Positions 9,809 through 20,419 of a stretch of 64,000 nt of DNA are shown piece by piece. How positions within the stretch are numbered: position 1 is the stretch's first letter; each line of letters starts with the position of its first letter. The stretch is from an uncultured candidate division Zixibacteria bacterium (GTDB lineage Bacteria > Zixibacteria > MSB-5A5 > GN15 > PGXB01): contig OY969724.1 in NCBI GenBank assembly GCA_963702205.1, positions 1,920,001-1,984,000 on the forward strand. Direction: 5' to 3'. The notes beneath the pieces are model-generated. The model had not been told where the DNA came from, ran no database searches, and saw only the letters and a program-made list of their open reading frames with translations. Position numbers and translations under genes: made by a program.

Positions 9809-10823
9809 ATTTTAGCTGAAACTGCGAATAGTACTCTGAATCGGCCGGACGAACTTTGAACTTGCGACCGTCACCTTCATTGATAACGCTCACTTCCACT
9901 TCGGCGTTGTCTTTATCATCGCAGTACCGTGCGGTCAAAGCAGCCGCTTCCATAATTTTATCTTCGCCGTTGGTGCTTATATAGATTCCTGTCGGCGAAC
10001 CGATTCCCAGGGCTTCGAGCAATAAATCACCCGGTTTGGCATACTGTCTTATCTTGTCGTTTTCATCCTCGTGGCGGCCGATGATAACTTTCGTGCCGTC
10101 ATCGAGACGAAAATGCCGTCCGACCCGAAGCAGGTTCAGATCATTGAAATCGATTCGGTCGGTGTGCTGCATCAGATCACGCAGGCGATTGGAATATGAT
10201 ACATCGGTCAACAGGCAGCCCGCCGCCGGTGATGGGTAATCTTCGAGACCGAACTCCTCGGCCATGGCGATTTGCGGCTTACGCGAACGGCCGTTGATGT
10301 CTCCCAGCAGCTCACGGTTAACCAGTCCTTTTTGTTCCGCGATAGTCGGATCGAGCAGCTTGGCGCACAGCGGGCGGAGCAGATACCCCTCCAGTCCGGC
10401 ATCGCGCTCCACGGCTCGCATCATGTTACGATGCTGCGATTTGGGTCGCTGTCCGAGGACTTCGCCGGTTAATACAAAATCAGCTCCGACTATTCGCATG
10501 TACTCTTTGGCTTCTTTGAGCATCAGGATGCGGCAGTCGACGCACGGATTCATGTTTTTGCCGTATCCGTACTTCGGCTGCTGGACGATCTTTATAAATT
10601 GCTCGCCGAGGTGCACCAGCCGGACGTTGAACTTGAATTTCTCCGCGACCGGATAGGGATCGGCACTGCAGCTGGACCGGTCCTTTATGTCGCAGCCAAA
10701 ATGGGTCAGAAAAGTTAGAGCGGTGACTTCGATTTCCTGCTGGAGCATCATGAGGATGGCCAGGGCCGAATCGAGCCCGCCCGAAAAAAGTGCTATGGCG
10801 TGGGGTCGTTTCATTTCATTCAT
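9807..10823 (-). CDS. PP-loop tRNA sulfurtransferase-like protein (ThiI/MnmA-like, DUF814-type C-terminus)
   Basis: SGGLDS PP-loop, NPCVDCRI, TGEVLGQRPKSQ, PAAGCLLTD, GRHFRL. Confidence 0.8.
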   Translation of the reverse strand: MNEMKRPHAIALFSGGLDSALAILMMLQQEIEVTALTFLTHFGCDIKDRSSCSADPYPVAEKFKFNVRLVHLGEQFIKIVQQPKYGYGKNMNPCVDCRILMLKEAKEYMRIVGADFVLTGEVLGQRPKSQHRNMMRAVERDAGLEGYLLRPLCAKLLDPTIAEQKGLVNRELLGDINGRSRKPQIAMAEEFGLEDYPSPAAGCLLTDVSYSNRLRDLMQHTDRIDFNDLNLLRVGRHFRLDDGTKVIIGRHEDENDKIRQYAKPGDLLLEALGIGSPTGIYISTNGEDKIMEAAALTARYCDDKDNAEVEVSVINEGDGRKFKVRPADSEYYSQFQLK

Positions 10824-10934
10824 AATTTAATTATTCTTTAATAATGTTTACGGTTTAATCTATTAACGTAATAAAGATAATGATATTTGCCTGTTTTTAT
10901 AGCAAAAGATTGAATTTACGGCCTAATTTGTGGC

Positions 10935-10963
10935 TTGACTTTGCCAGCGCCCGGCTCTACAAT
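10935..10963 (+). promoter_or_regulatory. Sigma70-type promoter of the mla operon
   Basis: TTGACT-N17-TACAAT, then GGAGG RBS before ATG 11003. Confidence 0.7.
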
Positions 10964-11002
10964 AAAGACCAGTCGTACTGACCCGGAGGATAAAGACCTT
11001 TT

Positions 11003-11773
11003 ATGATAGAGAGATTCAAACGATTCGCCCTGGAAGCGCAGGAGTTGTTTTTCTTCTCGCTGAAGGCCATGCGCTCCACGGTGGGGCGGCCCATTTATCC
11101 GGCCGAAACGCTGGAACAGATGTATATTGTGGGGATTGGCTCGCTTTTCCTTATAATATTGACCGGCATTTCCGCCGGACAGGCGATGGCTCTTCAGTTT
11201 TCCAATGAGCTGGCCGAATTCGGCAGTAAAGCCTATCTGGGCCGGGTGCTGACCATTGCTATTATCCGCGAATTGGGACCGGTGCTGACCGGTCTTATGG
11301 TGGCTGCCCGCGTTGCGGCCGGAATTACCGCTGAAATCGGTTCCATGAAATCTTCCAACCAGATCGACGCCCTGGTCGCTTTCGGGATCGACCCGATGCG
11401 CAAACTGGTCGCCCCGCGAATTATTGCGCTGGTCATCATGGTCCCGGCGCTGACAGTCGTGTGTGACTTTATCGCTTTGGTGGGCGGCTGGATCGTGGCG
11501 GTCTTTATCTCCAACCTTACTTCGACCACCTATATCGCTGCCGTAAAAGAGAGATTGATTTTCGGCAACATCTTTATCGGGCTGGTCAAGCCGGTTCTGT
11601 TTTCCTTTATCATAGCTTTTATAGCCTGTTACAAGGGTTTTGCCTCGGCCGGAGGGACCAAAGGCGTCGGGCGGGCCACGACCGAATCGGTTATGCTGGC
11701 CTCGATCACGGTCCTTATAAGCAACTTCTTTATCACCAAAATCGTCTGGTCGTTAATCAAGGGGTACTTATGA
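11003..11773 (+). CDS. mlaE: MlaE family ABC permease
   Basis: IRELGPVLTGL, AEIGSMK..QIDAL, GVGRATT. Confidence 0.95.
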   Translation: MIERFKRFALEAQELFFFSLKAMRSTVGRPIYPAETLEQMYIVGIGSLFLIILTGISAGQAMALQFSNELAEFGSKAYLGRVLTIAIIRELGPVLTGLMVAARVAAGITAEIGSMKSSNQIDALVAFGIDPMRKLVAPRIIALVIMVPALTVVCDFIALVGGWIVAVFISNLTSTTYIAAVKERLIFGNIFIGLVKPVLFSFIIAFIACYKGFASAGGTKGVGRATTESVMLASITVLISNFFITKIVWSLIKGYL

Positions 11774-12537
11774 TCCGGTTCGAAAACGTCTGCTTCGGTT
11801 ACGGGGAAAAAGAAGTTCTGCACGATGTAACTTTCGAAATCCCCAACGGCGATTCCCGGATCATCATGGGTCATTCCGGGTCGGGCAAATCGACCATTTT
11901 ACGACTTATACTCGGCCTGAGCTGCCCGCAGTCCGGACGGATCGTTATCGACGATGAAGATATATGCGGCCTTCAAGAATCGAGGCTGCGCGAGATTCGC
12001 AAACGGATCGGGATGGTTTTCCAGGACGGGGCTCTGTTCGATTCGATGACCGTCGGCGAAAACGTCGGTTTTTATCTTCTGGAGCATACCGATATGTCGC
12101 TTGATGAGGTGGAGGCAAAAGTGCGCGAGATGCTCGGATTTGTCGGCCTGTCCGAAGACATTATCGACAAGCTGCCCGACGAGCTTTCCGGCGGGATGCA
12201 AAGGCGGGTCGCGATCAGCCGGGCTTTGCTTTCGACCAATCCCAAAATTATGCTTTACGACGAACCGACCACCGGCCTCGATCCGGAAATGACGCGGAAT
12301 GTCATAACCCTGATAAATCATCTGTCGGAAGTCAAACAGGTCTCTTCGATAGTCGTCACGCATCAGATCGCCGACGCCCTCGAAGTAGCCGATAAGTTTA
12401 TCATCATCGACAAAGGCGTCGTCGTATTCGACGGAAACATCATCGAGCTGCGCGAATCCAGGGATACGGGTGTGGTTAATTTCCTGCAACCGTTTCGGGA
12501 TTCTATTGCCAATGTCCATAACATTGATTTTATATAA
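11770..12537 (+). CDS. mlaF: MlaF family ABC ATPase
   Basis: Walker A GHSGSGKS, FQDGALFDSM, LSGGMQRRV, YDEPTTGLDP. Confidence 0.95.
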   Translation: MIRFENVCFGYGEKEVLHDVTFEIPNGDSRIIMGHSGSGKSTILRLILGLSCPQSGRIVIDDEDICGLQESRLREIRKRIGMVFQDGALFDSMTVGENVGFYLLEHTDMSLDEVEAKVREMLGFVGLSEDIIDKLPDELSGGMQRRVAISRALLSTNPKIMLYDEPTTGLDPEMTRNVITLINHLSEVKQVSSIVVTHQIADALEVADKFIIIDKGVVVFDGNIIELRESRDTGVVNFLQPFRDSIANVHNIDFI

Positions 12538-12549
12538 GTTGAGGATAGC

Positions 12550-13485
12550 ATGAAAAGATCGAACAGGATCAAATGGGGTGAAATAAGAGTCGGCCTCCTG
12601 ATCACCCTCGTTATAGTCATTCTGATTTGGGCGTCTTTTACCGGCGGCGGCACCTCGATATTTGAACCCAAAGTCGTCTATACGGCCTATTTCAAGAACG
12701 CCAACGGGCTGGTTCCGGGAGCTCCGGTCTGGCTGTCCGGGGTGGAAGTGGGCAATGTTAAATCCCTGACCTTCGTCAATCTCGATGAAGAACGCCAGCT
12801 GGAAATGAAGCTGACCGTCCTGGCCAAACACCGCCATATGGTAACCGAAGACGCCTCTATCACACTCGGGACCATCGGGCTTCTCGGTGATAAGTACGTT
12901 GAAATCACGCCCGGCGATTTGAGCAAACCGCAAATTCCCGAGGGCGGTGTCATCATGACCAAAAAGGCCGAAAACCTGTCGGCCGTCTTCGCCGAAGGCA
13001 GCGAAGCTTTGTCGTCAACACAGCAGCTCTTGAAAAACTTGTCCGATGTTACCAGCAAAATCAGGCGCGGCGAGGGATCGGTCGGCCGAATGTTCGCCGA
13101 GGATACGCTCTATAACGAACTGACTACTTTACTTGGTGCCGTGACCGTACTGGTTGGCGACTTACAGAAAAATCAGGAAAGACTGACGGCTTCCATCGAA
13201 AACGTTTCGAGCGATATCGGTAACATCTCCGATAAAGTAAATTCCAACAGCGGGACAATCGGCAAGCTGCTATCCGACCCGGGCGTTTACGATAACATTC
13301 ATTCGTCGACCGGTCGTCTGGATTCCATACTGGCGAAAGTGGAGCGTGGCGACGGTACCGCCGGGGCGATGGTCAATGACGCCGAGCTGTATGAAGAAGT
13401 CAAAAATCTGGTAGTCCGCATCGATAATCTTGTCGCCGACATCGAGAAGAACCCGCGTAAATATTTCAAGTTTTCGGTGTTCTGA
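12550..13485 (+). CDS. mlaD: MCE/MlaD family protein with helical extension
   Basis: N-terminal TM, GLVPGAPVWLSGVEVG, GLLGDKYVEITPG. Confidence 0.9.
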   Translation: MKRSNRIKWGEIRVGLLITLVIVILIWASFTGGGTSIFEPKVVYTAYFKNANGLVPGAPVWLSGVEVGNVKSLTFVNLDEERQLEMKLTVLAKHRHMVTEDASITLGTIGLLGDKYVEITPGDLSKPQIPEGGVIMTKKAENLSAVFAEGSEALSSTQQLLKNLSDVTSKIRRGEGSVGRMFAEDTLYNELTTLLGAVTVLVGDLQKNQERLTASIENVSSDIGNISDKVNSNSGTIGKLLSDPGVYDNIHSSTGRLDSILAKVERGDGTAGAMVNDAELYEEVKNLVVRIDNLVADIEKNPRKYFKFSVF

Positions 13486-13690
13486 TTTTTTGCGGCCGTG
13501 CTCTTTTATCAGGAGGAGCGGGTCACACGCACGGTATTGTTGACAGTCTTCGCAGGTCTTGTAGTCCACCCAACGGATGGGGAAATAATTCGAGCAAAAT
13601 AGCCACACAATATTTCCGATAATCCGGGCTGAAGTGGTTTTTAAACGCAATTTACGAAAATACGTCTTATATTATATTACTGGGGGAAAT

Positions 13691-14329
13691 ATGATGAAGA
13701 AGCAAACGTTGTTTGTCGTGTTTATTTTTGTCTTTTTATTCGCCGGACCGGGCCTTTTTGCCCAGGAATTTCCAAACCCGGTTTCCCATGATTTCCCGAC
13801 CAATCAGGGCAATTTCTTTTTCTCGGGCGGTGTCGAGTACTCTCGTTATTATGACCATTCCGCCGACTCCCCACGGGCCGCTTTTAAAACCTCGCTCGGT
13901 ATTATGATGTTTACCGATATCGGTATCGCGATGAGATTGTCATACAATAAAAGCTTGTCCGAGGAGCGTCATTTTACCGATTTCGAGATAGGGCCTCAAT
14001 TGCTATGGTTCATCGGCGGAACCATGCACCGGGACAAAATCAAGGGCTCGATTTATCATTATTTGGGGCTGACCGCTTTCGGGCGCTTTCGTCAAGACTA
14101 TTACAATTTAACCGTCCCCGAGCCGCAGTATGTAAAGTCCGCTATTTCTTACGTGCCATACAATAATGACGGCTTCGGTTATGGTCTTACTTTCGGTTTT
14201 GGCGCGGGAATATCAAACTCATCGGTGCTGTTTTTTGAGGCCAATGCCAGTTTAGGCACGGACCGGACCGATCAAAATCCGGAATTCAATACCGATCTGG
14301 GAATAGTGCTGTATCATTTTTTCCTGTGA
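13691..14329 (+). CDS. Putative outer-membrane beta-barrel protein
   Basis: Signal peptide, alternating aromatic/Gly strands, aromatic C-terminus. Confidence 0.55.
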   Translation: MMKKQTLFVVFIFVFLFAGPGLFAQEFPNPVSHDFPTNQGNFFFSGGVEYSRYYDHSADSPRAAFKTSLGIMMFTDIGIAMRLSYNKSLSEERHFTDFEIGPQLLWFIGGTMHRDKIKGSIYHYLGLTAFGRFRQDYYNLTVPEPQYVKSAISYVPYNNDGFGYGLTFGFGAGISNSSVLFFEANASLGTDRTDQNPEFNTDLGIVLYHFFL

Positions 14330-14530
14330 TTATCACTTTAAAATTCACCAGTTTGCCCCGGCATTTGCCCTCAAATTTTCGACAATTGACGGGCTGATTC
14401 AGCCCATTGTTTTCGGCCCGGAGGCGTATTTTCGCAAACTTCTCATAAACCGCTTGACTTATGTATTTAACCCTATATTATGCCCGCTTGAACACCACAA
14501 ATGAGTAGCTTTACTCAAAAGGAGCGGTAA

Positions 14531-16793
14531 ATGATTACCAAGCAGCAGGCTCTTGATTATCATTTCAAGGGCAAACCGGGCAAAATCGAGGTCACCTCGA
14601 CCAAGCCCTGCGTGACTCAGCGTGACCTTTCCATGGCATACACTCCGGGCGTCGCCGAGCCGTGCAAAGAAATCCATAAAACACCATCCGATGTATATAA
14701 GTACACCGCCAAGGGCAACCTCGTGGCGGTTGTCTCGAACGGTACGGCTGTGCTGGGGCTGGGCAATATTGGCGCCGCCGCAGGAAAGCCGGTTATGGAA
14801 GGCAAGGGCGTCCTGTTCAAGAGATTCGCCGACGTCGACGTCTTCGATATCGAATTGAAAACAGAAAATCCCGATGAAATTATCAAGTGCTGTCAGCTTC
14901 TCGAGCCGACTTTCGGCGGTATCAACCTCGAGGACATCAAAGCGCCCGAGTGTTTTTATATTGAAGAAACTCTCAAAGCATCAATGAATATCCCGGTCTT
15001 TCACGATGACCAGCACGGCACGGCGATTATTTCCGGTGCCGCACTTTTAAACGCACTTGAGGTCGTCAAGAAGGATATCGGCAAAATCCGGGTCGTTTTC
15101 TCCGGCGCCGGTGCCGCCGGTATTGCCTGCGCCAAACTCTATATTATGCTCGGCGTCAATCCGGATAACATTCTTATGGTCGATTCCAAGGGCGTCATGT
15201 ACGAAGGTCGCGGTGACAATTATAATAAGTACAAAGCCGAATTCGTCCGCAAGACCGACTGCAAGACACTGGCCGATGCCATGAAAGACGCCGATGCCTT
15301 TGTCGGAGTTTCGGTCGCCAATACGGTCACCAAGGACATGGTCAAATCGATGGGGGCCGATCCGATCATCTTCGCCATGGCCAATCCCGATCCGGAAATT
15401 ACTTACCCCGACGCCGTGTCGGTGCGCAAGGACGTCATTGTGGCGACCGGCCGTTCGGATTATCCCAACCAGGTTAATAACGTGCTGGGATTCCCGTTCA
15501 TCTTCCGTGGTGCTCTGGATACGCACGCCAGTGCGATCAACGATGAAATGAAAATCGCGGCGGTCAAGGCGCTGGCCGAGCTGGCCAAGCAGGACGTGCC
15601 CGAGGAAGTCGCCAAGGCCTACGGCGTCGATCATTTCAAATTCGGGCGGGATTATATTATTCCCAAGCCGTTCGATCAGAGAGGTACTGATGTGGGAAGC
15701 GTCGGCCGTAGCCAGGGCCGCGATGGACACCGGCGTGGCCCGTCAGAAAATCGACCTTGAAGAATACAAGGAAATGCTGGAGAGGCGGGTCAGCAAAGGC
15801 CGTATCTTCATGAATAAAATTTTCAGCAAGGCCAAACAGGATCCCAAAAAGGTCGTCTTCCCGGAAGGCGAATCATCGCGTATTTTGCGCGCGGCACACA
15901 GCGTGCAACGCGACGGCATCGCCACGCCAATAGTCCTGGGCGACCCCGATAAAATCAGAAAAGTGGCGGAAGAGTATGAAATCGACGTGGATGATCTGGA
16001 AATCATCAATCCCAGCAAGTCGGACAAGCTGGATAAATACGCCGATGCGTATTATCAAAAACGCTGCCGCCGAGGCATCAATATGGTCAGCGCCCGGGGC
16101 AAAATGCACAGCCCGGTTTATTTCGGCATGATGATGCTGGAAATGGGCGATTGCGACGCTCTTGTCAGCGGTGTCCTGAGTGATTATACGACCACGATTC
16201 ATCCGGCTCTGGAAATTATCCCGCTCAACCCGGGAATATCGCGCGTCTCGGGGCTTTATGCCATGATTTCCAAGAATGAATTATACATGCTGGCCGATAC
16301 GACCGTCAATATTGATCCCACGGCCGACGAATTGGCCGAGATAGCCTTCTGTGCCGCCAACGTGACTCGTGCTTTCGACATCGTCCCTCGGGTGGCCATG
16401 CTGTCGTTTTCCAACTTTGGATCCGCACGATACCCGGAATCGACCAAGGTCACGAAAGCCACCGAGATTATCAAGAAACGTGACCCCGAATTGATAGTCG
16501 AAGGGGAAATGCAGGCCGACACGGCTCTCATGCCGGATTTGATCAAACAATATTTCCCGTTCTCACGGCTCCAGGATAAAGCCAATGTCTTTATCTTCCC
16601 CGACCTGAATTCCGGCAATATCGCTTACAAGCTGCTCGAACGTATGGGTGGTCTGACGGCGATCGGGCCGATACTTCTCGGTTTTTCCAAGGCCGTCCAC
16701 GTGCTGCAGCGTTCGGCCGATGTCAACCAGATTGTCGATATGGTTTCGGTAGCCGTGGTTGACGCTCAACTCGACGAAAAAAATAAACGCTGA
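14531..16793 (+). pseudogene. maeB: NADP-dependent malic enzyme with PTA-like domain, split by a +1 frameshift near 15683 (real or sequencing error)
   Basis: [28 protein letters not shown] in frame 1. The conserved PKPFDxR|VLMWEA continues in another frame after one extra G, then VFPEGE and FPDLNSGNIAYK. Confidence 0.9.
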
Positions 16794-16804
16794 TTCCACT
16801 TAAG

Positions 16805-16836
16805 AAAAAAGCCCCGACTTGTCGGGGCTTTTTTTT
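16805..16836. terminator. Bidirectional Rho-independent terminator
   Basis: AAAAAAGCCCCGAC-tt-GTCGGGGCTTTTTTTT between convergent genes. Confidence 0.9.
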
Positions 16837-16865
16837 AATGAGCAGGAGGTGTATATTTGTTGCTG

Positions 16866-17810
16866 CTAAATTTCGTTAACGTAAATATTCCCGGCCGACG
16901 TTCTTAAGTACAATTCCGGTCCGCCGCCGTTGATTTTTCCGCGCAATGCCGATCTGCTGTATCTTCCGTTCATTTCGACCTTAAAATCAGACTCGACCCG
17001 GCCGGCGTTCGTACGGGCATCGAGATCGACCGCGACGTCGTTGGCAAGATAGACCGTGACGCTTCCGCCCGACGTGCTCAGACGGCAATCGGCACCGGGC
17101 TGGTTGGATATCTGGGCTCTGACGCTGCCGCCCGACGTCGTGGCGTCGATCGATCCCTTGACTTCATCGACGCTGATGCTGCCGCCGGACGTCTTGGCCA
17201 GGACTTCACCGGCGACGTGCCCTATATCGATGCTCCCGCCGGACGTTCTGACGTCGGCCATTCCTTCGCAGCTTTTGAGAGTTATACTGCCTCCGGAAGT
17301 GCGGGCATCCACGGGGCCTTTGATATGGTTGAATTTCATGCTGCCGCCCGAAGTACTGGCTCTGACCGTTCCTTCGAGATTGTCGACATAAATCGATCCG
17401 CCGCCGGTTTCGAGGTCGACGTTGAATTTTTCCGGGATGCGGGCGAGGAATTCCACACGCAGCTTGTTGTTGTTCGAATTAAACCACTGAGAATCCCGAG
17501 AATAATCGCCCTGGATTTTGATTTCATTACTGTCCTGCTCGAAATCGAGCGTGAAGTCATCGAATATTTCATCCGCCCGGGATTCACGTGAAGTGCGCGC
17601 GGTCAGCAGCACCCGAATTTCGACTTTATCTCCGTCGGTCGTCTGAATTTCGATGGATCCCCGGTCGGAGTCGATTAACAGGGTACCGCCCGGTTTTACG
17701 TCGAAATCGCGATTGACTTCCTTTTCGATATCGGCCCACGACGCCGCCGTACAGAAGAAGAAAGTGAGGATTAAAGTTAAAATTATTTTTGATGGACTTT
17801 TTGTGGCCAT
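16866..17810 (-). CDS. DUF4097 family beta-strand repeat protein, exported
   Basis: Signal peptide and ~8 (T/S)SGGS(I/V) repeats; GGGGAG RBS before ATG 17810. Confidence 0.85.
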   Translation of the reverse strand: MATKSPSKIILTLILTFFFCTAASWADIEKEVNRDFDVKPGGTLLIDSDRGSIEIQTTDGDKVEIRVLLTARTSRESRADEIFDDFTLDFEQDSNEIKIQGDYSRDSQWFNSNNNKLRVEFLARIPEKFNVDLETGGGSIYVDNLEGTVRASTSGGSMKFNHIKGPVDARTSGGSITLKSCEGMADVRTSGGSIDIGHVAGEVLAKTSGGSISVDEVKGSIDATTSGGSVRAQISNQPGADCRLSTSGGSVTVYLANDVAVDLDARTNAGRVESDFKVEMNGRYSRSALRGKINGGGPELYLRTSAGNIYVNEI

Positions 17811-17852
17811 GTCATGGTCTCCCCGCATAAGTTCCTATTTTTAATATTAATC

Positions 17853-17878
17853 TACGGACGCAATTGGATAAGGATTCA
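17853..17878 (-). promoter_or_regulatory. ECF (SigW-like) promoter
   Basis: TGAATC-N16-CGTA on the minus strand. Confidence 0.55.
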
Positions 17879-17957
17879 AAAAACTGATTAATTTTTAAAG
17901 TGAGAATTTTGGCAGAGCCACCCCGAACGAACGGGGCGGCTCGCCAGAATGATTCGA

Positions 17958-19421
17958 TTATTGACCCGAACAGTTAGTAAGCCATTCGTTGCAGGTGCAG
18001 GGAGCAACGCCGGCATTATAGATATTATTTATAAGCTTGAGAATATCCGTCAGGTCGACGGCGCAGTCGCAGTTGGCGTCGGCAGCGTCAATAAAACCGC
18101 CGTAGGGATTTTCTTCGTGGCCATAAACTACGCCGACTATGCCGAGGATATCGACAAGATTGCGGTCGAATCCACCGTCGAAATCACCCATGAGAACGTT
18201 GCATGGTATTGTCCCGAAATCGACCCGCTGTCCGTGGCTTCCGGCGGCATCGACGCCAATCAATACGGGCTGCGGACCGGAGTATGTGATGGTCATCAAA
18301 TCTGTGAAGTCACCGGCCGGGAACGTCGCACCGGAAAAACTATAGGCATTGAAAATCAATGTGTCTCCATGCGTGAAATTACCCATATCCATATCCGGTA
18401 TCGAGGGCACAAGATTGGCAGAGACATCGGTTACCCCCGGTGCAAAGTACGATAATTCGAAAGCTCTCACGTTTTCGGCGAAAGCGGTTTTAACCACAAT
18501 TGAACCCGCATTTTCCTGCAGGATTATTCCCCCTGCGACAGGAGGTCCCGAAGGATCGCCCGGCTCGATTTCGTCGTGCAGGACCGCCAATAAATATCCG
18601 AAGTCCTGAAGAGTCAGAGGGACACCGTCCTGGTTTAAATCTGTTGTCGATATCTGCCTCGAGGGGCTTATGGTAAAAGCGATCTCACCGTAAACGAAAT
18701 AGTTTGCAAATACGACGGCATCGGCAATTTCATAAGGTATGCCGTTCATATTGATATCGCCGATCATGCCCGGGTCCGGCAACACGATTTTAAGCGCCTG
18801 ATTGTCAAATCCAAAGGCCGAATAATATTCCACGCCGGCCGGAGAACCATCGTACGATATCTTCAGAATTTTCGCGAAATGATTTGGGAAGTGCGTCGAG
18901 GCGTCACCATCGATCTTAATTATCAAATCTCCAAGAGCGGCGGATTGATAGGTGGTCACCTGCATCCCTGAAAAGCCGGGCAAGAGAGTAATGTCATAAG
19001 AAACCAAATCCGGCATGTGAATTAACAGGCTGACGGTTTTCATGGAATCGTCAAAGTATGAGTAGACATCAATGGTGGAATCGGTAAGGCCGGTATAAAC
19101 GTCGCCAAGAATGCTGTCGGCCGGATTGGCCTCGAGGCCCTGGAATATGATCCTGAGCATCATGACATAATCGGCCACAGACAGCACGAGTTCATCCCCG
19201 TTGATATCGGTCGCAGCGATCTGGGCCTGCGGATCGATAGTAAAGACACTGACACCGTTTGTGAAATAACCCTCGAATAATTGGGCGTCGGCCAGTTCAA
19301 AGGGGATACCGTTTAAATTGAGGTCTCCGCGCTCGGCCTGAGCGGACAGCGGCACGACTGTGAGAAGGATGGCCGCGAAAATTAAATAGTGACAGAGCTT
19401 GGATCCGGCGGATCGGGACAT
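17958..19421 (-). CDS. Secreted protein with repeated dockerin-like modules
   Basis: GGAGG RBS and signal peptide; two internal GD(L/I)NxNGIP(F/Y)E(L/I)ADA..TD(I/L)NxD repeats; C-terminal GDFDG..DIL..DANCDCAVDLTDIL dockerin. Confidence 0.75.
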   Translation of the reverse strand: MSRSAGSKLCHYLIFAAILLTVVPLSAQAERGDLNLNGIPFELADAQLFEGYFTNGVSVFTIDPQAQIAATDINGDELVLSVADYVMMLRIIFQGLEANPADSILGDVYTGLTDSTIDVYSYFDDSMKTVSLLIHMPDLVSYDITLLPGFSGMQVTTYQSAALGDLIIKIDGDASTHFPNHFAKILKISYDGSPAGVEYYSAFGFDNQALKIVLPDPGMIGDINMNGIPYEIADAVVFANYFVYGEIAFTISPSRQISTTDLNQDGVPLTLQDFGYLLAVLHDEIEPGDPSGPPVAGGIILQENAGSIVVKTAFAENVRAFELSYFAPGVTDVSANLVPSIPDMDMGNFTHGDTLIFNAYSFSGATFPAGDFTDLMTITYSGPQPVLIGVDAAGSHGQRVDFGTIPCNVLMGDFDGGFDRNLVDILGIVGVVYGHEENPYGGFIDAADANCDCAVDLTDILKLINNIYNAGVAPCTCNEWLTNCSGQ

Positions 19422-19582
19422 AGCGCCTCCTGGTTTTTGATAGGTTAGTTTTAAGTCCCTTAGCGAAACTGCGTCAGATAATCCCTTATTGAGTTTTAAG
19501 TTGTAACTGCGGAGATGATTAAATATAAGAATAACAGGCGGACTTGTCAATGATTGAATTGGGGAAGATGTAAGTTTGGGCG

Positions 19583-19636
19583 CTCACCCAATCCCATACA
19601 TGTACTGCAGAAGTTTCAGCGTTCCGTTCTTGCCGT
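19583..19636 (-). repeat. 54-bp duplicate of the helicase 3' end (matches 20419-20472)
   Basis: 51/54 identity; the three differences are synonymous in the helicase frame (AAG/AAA, GGA/GGG, TAC/TAT). Confidence 0.95.
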
Positions 19637-19667
19637 TGGGTGGCCCCTCCAAACTTGTCTGGAGGGG
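19637..19667 (+). repeat. REP-like palindrome, left of RAYT
   Basis: TGGGTGG-CCCCTCCAAAC-tt-GTCTGGAGGGG. Confidence 0.85.
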
Positions 19668-19670
19668 GGA

Positions 19671-20213
19671 CTATATTAGAGTATCTTTAAATATATCTAT
19701 TACCAAAGGTCCAGAACCTGGATTTTCCAATTCAGAAAAGCTGGACCAGTACCAATCCTTAACATCCGAAACCAGTTTTTTTCTGATTGGATTATTATGT
19801 ATGTAGTAAATACTGTTCTTAATTGCCCCAGATGAAATAATGTTTCTATCGTAGCCGCCACCATCCTGCCAAATCCTGTAGGGGCTATTTTTATCGTTTG
19901 TCTGATATAGTCTAAGCCGCGTCAAATCATTTTTTCTAGAGAATATAAGCTCGCGCCTTGAGACGGATTGTTTTATTGAGAGAAGGATTTTTGCAATTGA
20001 ATGTATTTCAGTCCGAGGCCAAATTAATAAGTGAACATGATTGGGCATAAATACGTACGCCAACAAACTGAAATTGTGAATATATTTTGCACGTTTGATG
20101 GCTTCGACAAGATAGCGGCATGTCCTGTCGCACTCCAGCAATGGTTGGTTTTTGTAACAAGCAAATGTTAATTCGTGGACGTGACCGGGGATTTCAAACC
20201 TGCGGCGTTTCAA
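19671..20213 (-). mobile_element. REP-associated tyrosine transposase (RAYT, IS200/IS605-related Y1 HUH nuclease)
   Basis: RRFEIPGHVHELTF, YVFMPNHVHLL (HUH), WQDGGGYDRNI, YIHNNP (catalytic Tyr), WYWSS. Visibly more AT-rich than its neighbours. Confidence 0.9.
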
Positions 20214-20246
20214 TTTAAATCAAGTGATTCAGTATTTTTGAAATAT

Positions 20247-20277
20247 CCACCCCAAACAAGTTTGGGGTGGCCACCCA
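20247..20277 (-). repeat. REP-like palindrome, right of RAYT, inverted relative to the left copy
   Basis: Minus strand reads TGGGTGG-CCACCCCAAAC-tt-GTTTGGGGTGG. Confidence 0.85.
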
Positions 20278-20419
20278 GCCAAATTGTCAGCTGATTTTTG
20301 TAAAGGCCCTGCAAAAAAGACATTTAGCGTCTCTTTCTTTCTGGCGGAAAATATCTCATCCTCAATTAGTTTTGCCAACAAGCGGATTTGTTTCTTTTTA
20401 TAATTATTCTCTCGCTCCC

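Noticed and set aside
11899..12933. Long antisense ORFs (this one; also 20825-21772, 28734-29573, 57234-58199)
   Set aside because: They are shadows of well-supported genes on the opposite strand and show no recognisable motifs.
13490..13600. Possible SAM-I riboswitch (TTATCAGGAG and a CCGTGC..GCACGG stem)
   Set aside because: The remaining SAM-I core (GCAACC, GTGC.AA) is absent and the downstream gene is unrelated.
15677..15690. Programmed ribosomal frameshift in maeB
   Set aside because: No canonical slippery heptamer or stimulatory structure is visible.
16900..17420. Periodic repeats resembling a CRISPR or tandem array
   Set aside because: They are the coding TSGGS repeats of the DUF4097 protein.
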